Origin: Syncephalis fuscata S228
Taxonomy: Eukaryota; Fungi; Zoopagomycota
DNA length: 64,000 bases
NCBI GenBank assembly: GCA_025786725.1
Contig: JAHLTZ010000004.1
Coordinates: 1-64,000 of the forward strand
Reading direction: 5' to 3'
In this document: piece after piece, positions 62,601-64,000 of the stretch
How the letters are laid out: every line of letters begins with the position of its first letter
How positions within the stretch are numbered: position 1 is the first letter of the stretch
Notes under the pieces: generated by a model
Seen by the model: the letters and a program-made list of their open reading frames with translations, nothing else
What the model was told of the DNA's origin: nothing
The model's database searches: none
Made by a program: the position numbers and the translations under genes

Positions 62601-64000
62601 CAAATCCAGTAGCACCAACTTCGCCATCAGCATCAGCCGATAAAATAACCTCTGCCAATGAGCGAATTAAGCGTGTATTACAACGAACACCTACTAAGCC
62701 TAAGCCCAAGATGTCGTCTAATCCTCGTGCCACTGTTGCATTAGGTGAACAAGTGTCGGTTGATCCATTAGGAGCACTAATGGGTGAGCCCAGTCCTATT
62801 TTACCGTCTTCTATGCGTAAAAGTCCTTCTGTTCATAGTGCACGTTCGGCAAAAAGTACAGCAAGCACAAAAAGTAAACGATTAACGGCAGATCAATTAG
62901 CACAAATGGCAGATTTGGATGATTCAACAAATACGGCCACCACAAGTAAAAAGACAGGTTCTGCATCAACTACTGCATCTGTAAAAACTGTTGTTAACAA
63001 AACAGCGACCACAGCCATAACTAGTACTAATACTGTTGCTACAAAATCGCCAACATCTTCAACTAAAGAACCAAAACGCAGTGTGCCACCTGTGACATTA
63101 CCACCGGAATCGACTGATCCATTAAATACAGTGCAAGTATCGCGTAAATCAACAGGACCAAAATTAGATCCAAAGTTGGCTAAAGTAATAAAGCGAACGC
63201 CCAAATATCGCTCAACAGATGCCATTATGAAGGAAATGGCTCGTTGGGAGAAAAATGCGCAAGGAGAAAGCAGTGAAGAGGAAGAGGATGAAGATACACG
63301 TCCTATTGGTCATATGGGTATTGATACAAGACATATAGATCCATCGCGTATCGGTCGTCCATTAGTAGAGACAGAGGATAATTCTGACACTTCATCATTT
63401 GCACTGGCTGCAGATATAGGTGCTGGTGCATGGAACGAAGAGTTCCATCATGGAGTGAAGATGGTAGGTCCGCCATTGCCACCAACAGACTTGGCGCCGG
63501 AAATATCTGCCGGTGAATGGGCAAATCATACACCGGAACCAGAAGTATCCACAGCTACCATGGCAGCTATTGATATACCAGACTTTGCTGCTGATGCACT
63601 TGGATGGTCGGCCGCAGAAGATGAAGACGAAGAAGAGGAGCAAGAGGAGAGAAATACGTTTTCAATTGGTACGAATGAGCGACGTACAAGTGAAGCGTCG
63701 CAATCATTTAGTTCACGCGCATTGGAGGAGGATTATGTATTTGCCTCGGCAGCATCTACTGCTTCTTTACACTCGATCACCTCTATTCCTGCTACCATAT
63801 CACCGACTACCGATACATTTTCTCCAGTAGAAAACAACGATTTAAACGGGTTTTCTATGCCCGAAACAATCGGTGGTGCGGCACCATGGCACACTAGTGA
63901 TATGAATCATTCTAATGCATTTGCTACTCAAGTGCACCAAGAAGAGGAGGAGACAACAACACATGCGCCGCCTTCCTCGTATCATATAACAAATAACATG
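59660..64000 (+). CDS. TBC-domain Rab GTPase-activating protein (TBC1D5-like) with a long disordered C-terminal tail; 3' end lies outside the window
   Basis: GLRSVCWK, HPLSLDEASPWGQFFQDTELRRIIKQDVERTFPD (arginine finger), YRQGMHELLAP (glutamine finger), IEPQIYAIRWLRLLFGREF, and VDPLGAL in the tail. First intron is GC-AG. Frame break at ~62510; the frame from 62513 appears open to the window end. Confidence 0.9.

Overview
Eukaryotic, AT-rich fungal genomic DNA with short (about 50-100 nt) GT-AG introns. Gene content (fungalysin, AA11-type LPMO, S1 protease, divergent intron-poor F-box paralogs) suggests an early-diverging fungus, probably a Zoopagomycota parasite such as Syncephalis (inference only). 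About 23 protein-coding genes are supported: a 4-TM MENTAL-like protein (runs off the left edge), a secreted mucin-like protein with a degenerate group XII PLA2-like domain, a mitochondrial carrier-like gene head-to-head with YME2, a LAT-type amino acid permease, a Uds1-domain coiled-coil protein, a 2-TM ENaC/PAC-like-topology protein, YAR1-like ankyrin protein, two F-box paralogs, M36 fungalysin, phosphoesterase/phospholipase C, AA11 LPMO, CaMK1, Dsk2, two tandem degenerate SDR/epimerases, S1 protease, Atx1, MAPEG, Sam35, an M20 hydrolase and a TBC1D5-like RabGAP (runs off the right edge). The main hidden signal, absent from the ORF track, is a ~330-400 bp dispersed repeat (31271-31609 and 55351-55758). 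Its minus strand encodes the decayed C-terminus of a Fanzor/TnpB-type RNA-guided nuclease (LTSQ-CPKC...C-x4-C...WNR[D>N]xMASINI...RP..F.R). In copy 2 it is followed by a GC-rich hairpin and a CTAA|T end, a candidate omegaRNA and/or Helitron 3' terminus. Each copy flanks an F-box paralog, and the copies diverged almost only by transitions, with clear CpG decay. Several conserved genes carry 1-nt frameshifts in short homopolymers, most likely assembly errors.
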